A DNA stretch of 55,758 bases from Hormoscilla sp. (GTDB lineage: Bacteria; Cyanobacteriota; Cyanobacteriia; Cyanobacteriales; Desertifilaceae), in assembly GCA_051439505.1 (NCBI GenBank), contig JBFRWI010000198.1:1-55758 (forward strand). Reading direction: 5' to 3'. This document shows, piece by piece, positions 18,550 through 28,905 of the stretch. How positions within the stretch are numbered: position 1 is the stretch's first letter; every line of letters begins with the position of its first letter. Under the pieces are notes generated by a model that made no database searches, was not told where the DNA came from, and saw only the letters and a list, made by a program, of their open reading frames with translations. The translations under genes were made by a program, and so were the position numbers.

Positions 18550-19992
18550 TCAGACAATCCCGCATTTTGTCAATTTGGCTACCATTGCCTCCGCATGATT
18601 CCAGCGTTTCACGCCCCCCACCCAAACTCGCGAGGGCAGATGTCCTGGGGGCGCTTTCAGGTTAAATCGCAGCCCCTTGTGAGAGTTGTGAGGCTGGTAG
18701 ACCGGCCAACCCACGCGATCGCAAAAACTCAGGTAGTCCTCGCCAACCTGCCAATAAATCTGTGCTTGCACGGTGAAGCCAAACCGCCCGCCGCTACGTT
18801 CCACCCACAAGCGATCGATCGCCTGCAAGTCCTCACAGGGAATCTTGTCAATATCTCCAGCCAAGAGATAGCCCTTCAATCCCTTACCAGACGCCTGAGA
18901 CAACAGACTCCAGGTTTCCAGATCGGCAGCTTGCCATCGCTTCCATACCAGTAATGAAGCTAACTTACTGTAGTCCAGCTCGGACTCGGCAGGCAAAACC
19001 TGATTTTCTAGAGGTTTCAGCAAGCTTTTGACATAGGTAACCGTCGTCAACAGGTGATTAGGGTGTACCGGTTTTTGGGAGACTTTGGGGATTGCAGCTA
19101 TTGTTTGTGGTGGCTTCAGCACTTCCTCTACTTCTGAAGCAGTTTGATAGCGCTTTGTGAGGGAATCTTGTAACAGCTTATCCAGAATGCGACCCAGGGC
19201 ATCGCTGACTTGGTTGTCTGGCAGTAAATAATCCCGCCACGCCCACTTAGCTTCCACTATATCATACAGATCCAGAGGAGAGGATATATTCGTGAGCAGA
19301 TGAACGCAGGTGACGCCCAAACTGTAGAGGTCGCTAGCAGGTCTAGCTTTGCCCCGCAGTTGTTCGGGGGCCACATAGGCAGGCGTACCCACCATAGTCC
19401 CAGTCTGTTGGAGAGAAGTGGCGGTAATTAATTTCGCAATCCCAAAGTCGATCAGCAGCAGTTGACCATTGCTGTGGCGTCGCATAATATTAGAAGGCTT
19501 AATATCCCGGTGAATCACCCGACGCTGATGCACGAACTGCAACAGGGGCAGCATACTTTGCAGCAATTCCCATATTTGCTCTTCCCTAAAGGTCCCGTTT
19601 TGTTCTAATTCCTGGGCGAGGTCATGCCCCTCAATCAATTCCTGCACCAGATATAGCTGCTGATTTTGTTCAAAATGTGCTAGCAATGTCGGTATTTGAG
19701 GATGCTTCCCCAATTGGTCCAACCTCACCGCTTCCTTTCTAAACAGTTCGATCTTTTTGTCCCTGCTTTGACCGCGATCGGACTCCAAATAGAGTTGCTT
19801 GACAACACAACCAGGTTGAGAAGGAATATCTTCATCAATAGCCAAAAAAGTGCGGCCAAATCCCCCTTCACCGATCTTTTGTATAGGACGATACCGTTCC
19901 TTGAGCAATAGGGGCGACCCACAACTGACACAAAATCTGCTAGTTGGGGAGTTTTGGGGGCTAGGGCATTCGGGATTTACACAGATAGTCAT
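18550..19992 (-). CDS. Ser/Thr protein kinase with N-terminal 4-Cys motif and C-terminal GUN4 domain
   Basis: GEGGFG, HRDIKPSN, IDFG, APE. C-terminal WQAADLET..IDRLW..SGGRFGF.VQ..APPGHLP. Confidence 0.92.
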   Translation of the reverse strand: MTICVNPECPSPQNSPTSRFCVSCGSPLLLKERYRPIQKIGEGGFGRTFLAIDEDIPSQPGCVVKQLYLESDRGQSRDKKIELFRKEAVRLDQLGKHPQIPTLLAHFEQNQQLYLVQELIEGHDLAQELEQNGTFREEQIWELLQSMLPLLQFVHQRRVIHRDIKPSNIMRRHSNGQLLLIDFGIAKLITATSLQQTGTMVGTPAYVAPEQLRGKARPASDLYSLGVTCVHLLTNISSPLDLYDIVEAKWAWRDYLLPDNQVSDALGRILDKLLQDSLTKRYQTASEVEEVLKPPQTIAAIPKVSQKPVHPNHLLTTVTYVKSLLKPLENQVLPAESELDYSKLASLLVWKRWQAADLETWSLLSQASGKGLKGYLLAGDIDKIPCEDLQAIDRLWVERSGGRFGFTVQAQIYWQVGEDYLSFCDRVGWPVYQPHNSHKGLRFNLKAPPGHLPSRVWVGGVKRWNHAEAMVAKLTKCGIV

Positions 19993-20319
19993 GGCGATCG
20001 ACGACTGCTATAGGACTCTGTCTTTAGCAGTATATCACGGGAACGGATAGATGCTTAAATAACGACGCACTCTCGCTAATGGCTAATAGCTAATGGCTAA
20101 TAGCTAATTGTAAATTGTTCGACGTTTACTCGTAAGGGTCGATTCAAGTCGTCCTGGTCTATTTCCAAATATGAGATGCACTTATGTCGCGCATTTCAAT
20201 TACATATACAAAAACGCCGAAACCCTTGCTATCAATATTTTCCGGAATTTTGAATTTCGAATTTTGAATTTTGAATTTTTTATGGTGGGCGGTGCCCACC
20301 CTACTCGTCGTGCAACTTT

Positions 20320-20718
20320 TTATTGACTTTTCTTTTCCTCGGCCTTGTAGATGTATAAATTTCCCAAAACTCCGACAGTGCCAAATTCATAGCTGGGCAA
20401 GAAATCCGCCAAGTATAATTCAGTTTTATAGATGCTGAACAGCCCCAAATTATTCCGCTCAGTATTTTCAGCGATAATTGTATTTAACTGCGGCTCTAGG
20501 GACTTCACCACTTTTTTGCATGGACCCTGTAAAATGTCCCCAAAGGTTGATTCTCCCTGGGTACAAACATTTTCCTGCACGTAGGCCGACAACTCCTGAG
20601 TTGCAAATTCCTCATAGGCAGTCCGGCCAGGATTATTCATCGCCATCGCTGCCCCCAGTCCTATTAAAGCCGCACCGCCTGCTATGCCAACAACTTGCAA
20701 AGATTTCATCTCAATCAC
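20320..20718 (-). CDS. Conserved cyanobacterial protein (DUF4359-like) with N-terminal TM/signal
   Basis: AM.NP...YEEFA...L, T.R.N..LFSIYKT, TVGVLGN pattern. Confidence 0.7.
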   Translation of the reverse strand: MIEMKSLQVVGIAGGAALIGLGAAMAMNNPGRTAYEEFATQELSAYVQENVCTQGESTFGDILQGPCKKVVKSLEPQLNTIIAENTERNNLGLFSIYKTELYLADFLPSYEFGTVGVLGNLYIYKAEEKKSQ

Positions 20719-20886
20719 CTATTGGCTACTACTTCTAGAATACACCTTGCTCGGGGCCAGCAGCGGAATCAGGATTATTCTCTCCTTTCTCTTGGCCTGT
20801 CCGGGCCAGGGTCGGTCCGGAGGTCCATCTGCTTGCGTTGCAGAAACCCGGTTTTTACTCCATACCGGGTTTCTGGCATCTACCAT

Positions 20887-22155
20887 CTACAATGTCAGGG
20901 ATTGCGGATCGCTTTCAATCAACTTCGCCAAATCTTGCAGAAAAGCTGCTGCATGGGCACCGTAGATAATGCGATGGTCGCTGGTCATGTTCACCTGCAT
21001 CTGTCGCCGCACTCCCATTAATCCCTCTTCTGTGGCCACTACTTGCGCGCGGGAAGCCCCGATCGCCAGAATTGCCCCCTGACCGGGCGGTAAAATGGCA
21101 TCAAATCGGTCTACCCCAAACATGCCCAAATTAGATAGAGTAAAGGTGCCGCTATTGTACTCCTCTGGTTGCAACTGCTTTGCCCTGGACCTTTCCACCA
21201 AATCCTTCCAACTGCGAGACAAGGAATAGATATCCATCGCGTCAGCATTTTGCAGCACTGGCGTAATTAAACCCCCATCGGGCATCGCTACAGCTACGGC
21301 AATGTTAATCGCACCATTATATTGAATTCCTTTGTCTGTATAGCGAGCATTGACGAGGGGATGTTTCTGTAAGGTCACTGCTACCGCTTTTGCTAGCAGG
21401 GCCGTCATGGTCACTCCCTTGGACTTGATCTGCTTGTAGAGTTTGTCCAAATTATCAGTTGTGATGGTGTAACCTACCCGATAAGTAGGCACCTCCAGAC
21501 TCACCATCATATTGCGCACCACGGCATTTTGCAGCGTGTTTAAGGGGACTACCTCTCCAGCAGTTGCTATCGGCATTGCTGGAGTTGGTGCGGGTGCGGG
21601 TGCGGGTGCAACTTTAGGTGCGGGGGCAACAGTCACTGCTGGGGTGGAGGGTTTGAGAGTACCTGCTGCTGCTTGCACGTCGGATGCCACAATGCGCCCG
21701 TGGGGACCGCTACCCTGGAGGGTACTCAAGTCTACTTTCAGTTCCTTTGCTAGCTTCCGGGCCCGAGGAGAAACGATCGCCCTCCCATTTGAGCGACTAA
21801 CTGTTGACGCTGACGGCGCTGTTGCTATGGGGGGACTGGGGGCAACCGAGGTAGCTGCTGGTTGGGGACTAGACTCTTTGCTAGACCCCTGCTGCTTTGC
21901 CGTTTCTATTTCCGCTTGAGTTTCGGCAATTAGGGCGATCGCATCTCCGACCGGAGCTGATGCACCTGCTTCTACAATGATAGTAGCCAGATAACCCTCA
22001 TAAAAGGATTCCACATCCATATCGGCCTTATCCGACTCTACTATTACCACCGTTTCCCCTTTTTCTATCTTGTCCCCTGCCGATTTTACCCAGGAAACAA
22101 TCTTCCCTTCTGTCATAGTAGAACTGAGGGCTGGCATAAATACTTCATGAATCAT
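20887..22155 (-). CDS. pdhC: Pyruvate dehydrogenase E2, dihydrolipoamide acetyltransferase
   Basis: Lipoyl VESDKADM, E3-binding SPRARKLA..GSGPHGRI, catalytic DHRIIYGA. Confidence 0.97.
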   Translation of the reverse strand: MIHEVFMPALSSTMTEGKIVSWVKSAGDKIEKGETVVIVESDKADMDVESFYEGYLATIIVEAGASAPVGDAIALIAETQAEIETAKQQGSSKESSPQPAATSVAPSPPIATAPSASTVSRSNGRAIVSPRARKLAKELKVDLSTLQGSGPHGRIVASDVQAAAGTLKPSTPAVTVAPAPKVAPAPAPAPTPAMPIATAGEVVPLNTLQNAVVRNMMVSLEVPTYRVGYTITTDNLDKLYKQIKSKGVTMTALLAKAVAVTLQKHPLVNARYTDKGIQYNGAINIAVAVAMPDGGLITPVLQNADAMDIYSLSRSWKDLVERSRAKQLQPEEYNSGTFTLSNLGMFGVDRFDAILPPGQGAILAIGASRAQVVATEEGLMGVRRQMQVNMTSDHRIIYGAHAAAFLQDLAKLIESDPQSLTL

Positions 22156-22180
22156 AAGCTGCTGTTGTCAGTTGTCAGTT

Positions 22181-22230
22181 AGTAGGGTGGGCAATGCCCA
22201 CCATCTCAGTAGGGTGGGCATTGCCCACCA
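22181..22230. repeat. GTAG-type REP-like hairpins GTAGGGTGGGCA..GCCCACC (other copies at ~16010, 20283, 34772, 34801, 53925)
   Basis: Repeated palindromes with a GTAG foot, often in pairs. Confidence 0.8.
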
Positions 22231-22392
22231 TGTCAGTTGTCAGTCATGTCGGTTGGGCCCTGGGACCGCAAACCCCAACAGCAGCAAGTCTTCATGAATC
22301 ATCATCTGCTGTTGTCATAAGAGCGAGTAATGTTAGGTTGAGTAGATCGCGAGCGCTTTACCCAACCTATGAATATCCCTTGAATGCTGACT

Positions 22393-22842
22393 CTAGATTT
22401 CGCCGCGAATTTCTTCGACTACTCCATCCCGCAGCACTATTTCTACCCGCATTTTTTCGATCAGATTTTGCCCTTTCTCGATCGGGAAGAAGCTGTCTAT
22501 TTGACCTTGAGATACCTCTTGTTCCAACTCCAGGGTCTGCAATTGATTTAGCTGTTGCAGACTTTGGTTTTTCTGCTGTAGCAGTTGATTTTTCCTTTGA
22601 TTCACCTGCCCTTGAATGCTTTGAATTTGTTGGTTCGCTTGCTGACTCAGAGGTTGCAGGTTTTGCTGCTGCACTTGCTCGATCGCCTGCTGTCCTTGCA
22701 TTTCCAACTGTTGCAGTTGGGTATCACTCTGGTTGATTTGATTTTGCAGTTGCTGCTGCACTTCTTCCTTCCAGCGAGGAGTGACGATCGCCTTAACTTG
22801 GACTTGACGTTTCAGGGTCAGACTTGTTTTGGACTCTTCCAT
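22393..22842 (-). CDS. YlqD-family protein (Gln-rich coiled coil)
   Basis: LKRQVQVKAIVTPRWKEE..EIVLRDGVVEEIRG; located next to aas. Confidence 0.85.
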   Translation of the reverse strand: MEESKTSLTLKRQVQVKAIVTPRWKEEVQQQLQNQINQSDTQLQQLEMQGQQAIEQVQQQNLQPLSQQANQQIQSIQGQVNQRKNQLLQQKNQSLQQLNQLQTLELEQEVSQGQIDSFFPIEKGQNLIEKMRVEIVLRDGVVEEIRGEI

Positions 22843-22924
22843 ACTTCGTGATTCTCTTTTACTTTGCTAATAGTCATTATTCTCTAAGCATTCAGCAATG
22901 CTGCCGACTAATGACTGCCATCAT

Positions 22925-24853
22925 CTAGGTAAACATCCCGTCGATTATATCGCGATAGCGTTCTGTAACTACGGGACGCTTGATTTTCATGGTTTGGGTC
23001 ATCATGCCATTATCGATGGAAAATGGATCCCCAATCAGACGGAACGGACCGATCCGATCGTCCGGGCGGTAACCGGGGCGGTTTTTCACCTCCCGGGCCA
23101 GTTCTTGCCGGATTAAATCTTCTACTGCTTTGCTCTCCATGTCAATAGCACCCACTGGATTTGTCTGCTGGGCCCATTTGGCCAGGGCGTCGCTGTTGGG
23201 GACAATTAAGGCCCCCAGAACTTTTTGGTCTTGGCCCACTAGCATAATTTGGTCAATATAGGAACTGCGGGCGCAGGCGTCTTCAATGGGCTGGGGCTCG
23301 ATGTTTTCCCCATTTGTGAGTACGATGGTATCTTTGGCCCGGCCAGTCAGTACCAGGTGATTTTTGCCTGTCAGCCAGCCTATGTCACCGGTATTAAACC
23401 AGCCTTCTTGGTTAATGGCCTTGGCTGTGGCTGCCGGATTTTGATAATATCCCTGCATGAGTTGCGGTCCTTTAACGAGGACTAAGCCCCGGGATCCCGA
23501 CGGCAGGGGTTTGCCAGTATCGAGGTCGGCGATCGTAATTTCGGTGCCGGGTATGAGTTGTCCCGCCGAACCCCGCAGGTTCTCCCAACTGCGCCTGGCG
23601 GTCAGCACCGGTGCGGTTTCGGTTAAGCCATAGCCTACCAGAATCTCCACGCCGATAATTTCAAAGAAGTTATCCAGGTGCATGGCCAGGGAACCGCCGC
23701 CGCTGAGCACCTGGTATAAATCACCTATGCCCCCACGCACTTTCTGATAGACTAGCTTGTCTGCTAGGGCATGGAGTGGGAACAGTGCCGCTGTTTGCAC
23801 CAGTGCTAGCAAACGTCTCATAAGTCCGGGAGTCAAATTATTGATGTCTAACCCCTGGATAATCCGACGGGCAGCGATGTAGCGGCCAGAGATGTTGAGG
23901 AAGTTGTTGACTAGCTTTTGCTTGCTGGCCGGTTGTTCTCGGAACTGCTTTTGGATCCCTTCATAGATGGATTCCCACAAGCGGGGGACGCCGACCATGT
24001 AACGGGGCTTGTACTTTTTCAGGTCATTTTTGAAATGGCGGCGGTTGGTGTAGATCTGGGTGGCACCTTGGGAGAGAAATAAATATTCGGCAGTGCGTTC
24101 GTATACATGCCAGGAGGGCAGGATGCTGAGTGCCCGATCGCCCTCTTGGGGTTGCACTGCGACTCCCAGGGTTGCCACCTGATGCAGTAAGTTGCCATGG
24201 GATAGCATGGCCCCTTTGGGTTTCCCGGTGGTGCCTGATGTATAGATCAGGGTTGCCAGGGTCTGGTGATTTTGGCTGACTGGTTGCAGTTGCCGATCTG
24301 CACCCATCTCCATCAGTCGGGAAAAGTTCCGCACTGGCAACCTTTCATCGTCGGGGGGTGTTTCATCACTCAGCAAGAGGACGGACTCGATGGGCAGATC
24401 CTCCAGGCCAGCACGCAGTTTTTTCAGGGTTGCGAGATCTTCTACTACTATAGCTGTGGACCCGCTATTTTCGATGATGTATAGCAGTTCGGAGGGATCT
24501 GCTCCCGAACTGCGCACGGCGTTCACCGCCCCCGCCCTCATCATCCCCTGGTCGGCAATGAACCAGCGGGGACTGTTATCGGCAATGAGAGAGATGCGTG
24601 AGCCCGGTTTTACTCCCAATGCTTGCAACCCACAGGCAAACTGCTGGATCTGGGAGTTTAACTCTTGATAGGTTAACTGCACTGCTGGTTGGGAGTGGGT
24701 ATCCCAGAGGGCGAGGGTGTCTTTGAATCTTTCTGCGGCCAGGGGCCAGATTTCCGGTAGAGACTGTAATGAGGAGTAATCTACCAGAGTTGCCAGACAG
24801 GCACGCTCTTTATCTGTGAGTCGATAAGCACGGGACTTGATGGATGCATTCAT
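22925..24853 (-). CDS. aas: Long-chain acyl-CoA/acyl-ACP synthetase
   Basis: IYTSGTTGKPKG, GYGLTET, FNTGDIG, GRAKDTIVLTNGENIEP. Confidence 0.9.
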   Translation of the reverse strand: MNASIKSRAYRLTDKERACLATLVDYSSLQSLPEIWPLAAERFKDTLALWDTHSQPAVQLTYQELNSQIQQFACGLQALGVKPGSRISLIADNSPRWFIADQGMMRAGAVNAVRSSGADPSELLYIIENSGSTAIVVEDLATLKKLRAGLEDLPIESVLLLSDETPPDDERLPVRNFSRLMEMGADRQLQPVSQNHQTLATLIYTSGTTGKPKGAMLSHGNLLHQVATLGVAVQPQEGDRALSILPSWHVYERTAEYLFLSQGATQIYTNRRHFKNDLKKYKPRYMVGVPRLWESIYEGIQKQFREQPASKQKLVNNFLNISGRYIAARRIIQGLDINNLTPGLMRRLLALVQTAALFPLHALADKLVYQKVRGGIGDLYQVLSGGGSLAMHLDNFFEIIGVEILVGYGLTETAPVLTARRSWENLRGSAGQLIPGTEITIADLDTGKPLPSGSRGLVLVKGPQLMQGYYQNPAATAKAINQEGWFNTGDIGWLTGKNHLVLTGRAKDTIVLTNGENIEPQPIEDACARSSYIDQIMLVGQDQKVLGALIVPNSDALAKWAQQTNPVGAIDMESKAVEDLIRQELAREVKNRPGYRPDDRIGPFRLIGDPFSIDNGMMTQTMKIKRPVVTERYRDIIDGMFT

Positions 24854-25403
24854 AGGCTTGCTCAAACGATATACTACCAGGTTTGTAGTGAGCACGAAGC
24901 GTGCTCACCGAAGGACTAAAGTCCGCCACGATCGAACCTTAATTATATCTCCATCAATGCTGTCCGCGCCCAAAAACCGGGTTTTGTGCTAAGATATAAA
25001 CCCGGTTCTTCATTTCCGAGGAGAAAGTCAAATGGAAATCAGCATCTCCAACATGAGGGCCATGCCCCTAAATTCAGTCCCATCAACGCCCGATCGCGCG
25101 TCTATGACTGCTTGCTGCTTTATTCCCCACCAACGCGATCGCAGGAGGTAGTCAGGAAGGGCAATGGCATCCACGCGAACCAATGAACTTCAGAAATATT
25201 ACAAAGCTTACTGCCTGATCGATACTGCAAGAGAATAATATAGCTTCTGGCCGTGGCCGATTACCGACTGCTAGCATAAATATATGCTATAATCGAGTCT
25301 GCATTAGTTCTCAGTAACGCTGTAGGGCGTCCCGCCTGCCAGTCAGTTGACATAAGAGCAGGTAATAAAGATAAAAAAAATCTATGAGAATGAAAAATTA
25401 ACA

Positions 25404-26471
25404 ATGCAGATCGATCGCATTCACTTCTATGTAGAAGATGCCCGCAAATGGCGTGACTGGTTTGCGGACATACTCGGATTTCAACCGGTTGCTAGCGGTA
25501 CGGGCGATCGCACTCGTACAGAAGTCGTCGCCAGTGGTGAAATCTACTTTGCCCTGTCGGCACCCCTTTCGACAAGCAGCAGAGTTGCTAGCTATCTCCA
25601 GCAGCATCCAGAGGGCGTGGCGGATGTGGCTTTGCGCGTGGCGGATGCGAATATGGCGATGAAAAATGCGATCGCCCGTGGTGCTAAAGTAATCCAGGCT
25701 ACTAGGTGCGATCGCCACTCGCAGTGGGGCACTATTGGGGCAGTAGGGGGGCTTTGTCATACATTAATCCAGCGCAGAGTCCCCAGTCTGCCCCTACCAC
25801 CTGGCATCAACTGGGACAGTATCGATCGGCAGACAACAAATCCCCAGGACCACTTTACTGGCATCGATCATGTGGTGATCAATGTTCCCGCTGGTGAGTT
25901 AAATCCTACTGCTAGGTGGTATGAAGAGATGCTGGGGTTTTCTGGGCAACAGCAATTTATCATTGAAACCGGGCGATCGGGGTTGCGATCGGTAGTGATG
26001 AAGCATCCAGTTTCCGGGGTGCAGATGCCCTTGAACGAACCCACATCAGCCAATTCCCAAATTCAGGAATTTCTCGATTATAATCGGGGTGCGGGGGTCC
26101 AGCATATTGCCTTGAAGACTAGCAACATCATCAAAACCGTGGGGCAGCTAAAGGCAGGGGGATTAGAATTTTTGTCAGTACCTGGCAGCTATTACCGCCA
26201 GCTACAGCAGCGGTGTGAATCCTATTTATCTCCTGGGGAGTTAGAGTCCATAGAGAGTTTGCAAATATTGGTCGATTTGCCAGATGCTAATTCTGGATCG
26301 TTGCTGCTGCAAATATTTACCCAGCCAATTTTCGGTGAGCCCACTTTTTTCTGGGAAATAATTGAGCGTCAGGCCAGCGCCAAAGGCTTTGGAGAGGGCA
26401 ACTTTCGGGCCTTATTCCAAGCTATAGAACAGCAGCAGCAGCAACGGGGTGTGGTCAAAACCAGTTGGTAG
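25404..26471 (+). CDS. hppD: 4-hydroxyphenylpyruvate dioxygenase
   Basis: IDHVVIN, PLNEP..SQIQEFL..GAGVQHIAL, LLQIFT.P, FFWEIIER, GFGEGNFRALF. Confidence 0.95.
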   Translation: MQIDRIHFYVEDARKWRDWFADILGFQPVASGTGDRTRTEVVASGEIYFALSAPLSTSSRVASYLQQHPEGVADVALRVADANMAMKNAIARGAKVIQATRCDRHSQWGTIGAVGGLCHTLIQRRVPSLPLPPGINWDSIDRQTTNPQDHFTGIDHVVINVPAGELNPTARWYEEMLGFSGQQQFIIETGRSGLRSVVMKHPVSGVQMPLNEPTSANSQIQEFLDYNRGAGVQHIALKTSNIIKTVGQLKAGGLEFLSVPGSYYRQLQQRCESYLSPGELESIESLQILVDLPDANSGSLLLQIFTQPIFGEPTFFWEIIERQASAKGFGEGNFRALFQAIEQQQQQRGVVKTSW

Positions 26472-26638
26472 GAGACCTCGCCGCCCGAACCGGTCAGGGC
26501 CCGGCTACATGAACAAAGCCCGCCTGCGCGGGCTATATCATCGATGCCGGTGGTGCAGATGTTCTTTGGCGGGAATGACGGGGCACGAAAAGGCGATCGC
26601 ATTTTTACAGGAATCTCCATTAGTTTTCAACGATTTGT

Positions 26639-26962
26639 CTAGCTTCTGGAAGTTGGTAGCTTATCCCATTGCTGGAGTTCGGACTCTGGTAGGGGTTTAA
26701 AGAATGCGTCTCCAAGCTGTCCGGTGAGGAGTCCGGGGGTGCGCGGTGCGACTGCGATCGCCTCTTGGGGTTGGGTGGGGGCTGGGATCGGTTTTCCTTC
26801 TGCTTGCGCGGCTTCAGTCCAGGCTTGTTTGGCCAGCATGAGTTCCTGAATGGCCTCAACGGGGGTTTCTCCAAAAGCAGAGCAATATTTGAGGTCAGGG
26901 ATATCGGCAATGTAGCCTTCATCCTCTTCGCTGTAGAAAACATTAATGTGATAGTCTTTCAT
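26639..26962 (-). CDS. Orphan HicB-family antitoxin with extra C-terminal segment
   Basis: YHINVFYSEEDEGYIADIPDL..CSAFGETP.EA..E..LAK.AW. Tail RTPGLL.GQLGDAFF.PLP..EL..W. Confidence 0.8.
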   Translation of the reverse strand: MKDYHINVFYSEEDEGYIADIPDLKYCSAFGETPVEAIQELMLAKQAWTEAAQAEGKPIPAPTQPQEAIAVAPRTPGLLTGQLGDAFFKPLPESELQQWDKLPTSRS

Positions 26963-27253
26963 GGTTTATTCCATTTTGGAAAAACAATGTTACAATTACT
27001 TGAAGATTAAATTCTTAGTCTGTTTTCACTCATATCTTGCATCATTGTCAACTAGAGGCAGAGCCTCTAAAACTCGTTCCCAGGGGTCGCCTGTAGGAAC
27101 TAGGGGAAAACGCTTTCTCGACAAGGCTTCCAGTGGGTTTTAACCCACTTAAGCTATTAGCCGTGGGTTTTAACCAACGGCGGGCCACGAGACTAATCTA
27201 GAATGCTACAATTACCTCAGAATAAGCTTTCGTCATCTTCCCTATCCTATCAA

Positions 27254-28201
27254 TTAAACTGGGATATCTTCCCAGGGTCTGATTGGGGAATATTGGCGGC
27301 GAAATGCAGCGATCGCATCGTACAAGTCCCAATAATGTTCCGTTTCTTTCACCCCCTCCAGGTAGAGAACCCTGCGGGCGACGCCGTCCAACTGAAAGCA
27401 CCAATATACGGGCATGAGGGGATTAATCCATAATTTGCTACCCTTAGTTCTGGGGGTCGCGTGATAATCTCCATAATGTCCCGCTAAGGCCGACAAAATC
27501 GAGCTAGAGACAATGCTAATTTGGTAGGGCATTTTCTGAAAGACCGCCTCAGTAGCAGTGCGATACTTTTTCACCTCCGGCATTTCCTCTAGAAGAGAAA
27601 ACATTCCCAGATAGTTGCCATTTTGGGTTAACTGCGCGATCGCCTCCAGAAAATGAGCGTGGCATACCCCGTGATAGCGGTCAACTCCAAAGCCCAAACA
27701 AACCATCATTTTTCGCGCCACGTCCAATTCGTCAACTGCGGCAATGCTAGCAATATCCTCATGGGGGGTGCCCAGTCCCACTTCATCCCCCCGCATCAGG
27801 CTATCGGTGCCGCCATCCACCAGAATAACAGTATCCACAGCCAGCTGTTCTACCAAAGTTTGATAGCTGGCTAACAGGGGTTTTACTCCAGTACGCTCGA
27901 AGCAGTAAATTGGTATTTCTTCTCCTTCCCGTTCCCGAAACCACTGGCATAGATATTTTTCGGGAAAATAACTTCGATGGCCTGGCGTATCGGCGGTGAC
28001 TTTGAGCAAGGAAGGAGATAATCTTTCTTCCCCCGGGGGGAGGACCGAAAAAGATAAATTGGCCAGATATGCCTTTTTCCCCTGCGATCGCAAGCCAAAA
28101 TACAGAGGCAAGCCGCTAAAAATATCATATCCTCCCCCAGCCCCCGCTAAGAGAACCCTTTGCGATCGCTCCAGTTCGGAAAAAAACGGTAAGTTCAGCA
28201 T
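27254..28201 (-). CDS. DUF1152-family protein
   Basis: LLAGAGGGYDIFSGLPL, VDGGTDSLMRGDE..LGTP.ED, LWINPLM. Confidence 0.8.
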   Translation of the reverse strand: MLNLPFFSELERSQRVLLAGAGGGYDIFSGLPLYFGLRSQGKKAYLANLSFSVLPPGEERLSPSLLKVTADTPGHRSYFPEKYLCQWFREREGEEIPIYCFERTGVKPLLASYQTLVEQLAVDTVILVDGGTDSLMRGDEVGLGTPHEDIASIAAVDELDVARKMMVCLGFGVDRYHGVCHAHFLEAIAQLTQNGNYLGMFSLLEEMPEVKKYRTATEAVFQKMPYQISIVSSSILSALAGHYGDYHATPRTKGSKLWINPLMPVYWCFQLDGVARRVLYLEGVKETEHYWDLYDAIAAFRRQYSPIRPWEDIPV

Positions 28202-28208
28202 TGTCCCT

Positions 28209-28349
28209 CTACAGATAACTTTTCAACAGAACCCGATCTTTCCCCAAGCGCTGTTGTCGTTCGCGTTGGGGGCGTTTAGCCTTGGATAAGTCTAGCAGTT
28301 GGCTGATGTCTTCACCAGCGTCAAACTTTCGATCTAATTCCCGAGTCAT
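28209..28349 (-). pseudogene. Truncated BrnA/CopG-type antitoxin
   Basis: Translated by hand: MTRELDRKFDAGEDISQLLDLSKAKRP, then diverges and stops at 46 aa with no RHH half. Confidence 0.6.
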
Positions 28350-28905
28350 ACAGTACCACCTCTTCGCGCGCTTAATCGGAAGAAAGAACTTGAACCGGTT
28401 GAGGTCTAGTCAAGCAGAGATTAAGAAATCCTGAAGATATCTATCCCAACCAAATTAGAGGGAAAATTAATGGCGTAAAATTATAAAAGACTCAGAGATT
28501 ACATTTAAACTTCTTTATTATTTTTTTATGCTCGCATATACTTGAGTGCGGTCCCCACCATCGCTCTCAGGATTTTTTTAGGCATAGCTACTCAGAGATG
28601 GACATTCATTTTCTTTCTGAAAAAAATATTAAGAAATGTAAAAAGAGGTTGAGAAATATTCAAAATCTCAATAAAGTTTATTAAAAGACGCCGCTAAAAG
28701 TAACAAGGAATACAACGAGAGGAAGGGAGTTAATGTTAAAACGGTGATAATCATAAAAAACCTAATTGAGCGCTCTGTCCCAACCTGGGAAAAACAGCAA
28801 TATTGGCGGTCTAGCCAGCTGTAAGAAAACCCATTGCCTGGGGCAATGTCTAGTTAATCAGGCAATAAGCACTGATAACTGATAACTGATAACTGATACT
28901 AGGGT

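Noticed and set aside
24986..25186. Possible small gene or remnant between aas and hppD (also 31640-31861 and 51585-51773)
   Set aside because: They may be gene fragments, but I cannot assign a family or a reliable frame from sequence alone.
28700..28713. NtcA box GTA-N8-TAC upstream of the GGDEF/EAL gene (another at 44686-44699)
   Set aside because: No properly spaced -10 element, and a 6-bp motif is expected many times by chance in 55 kb.
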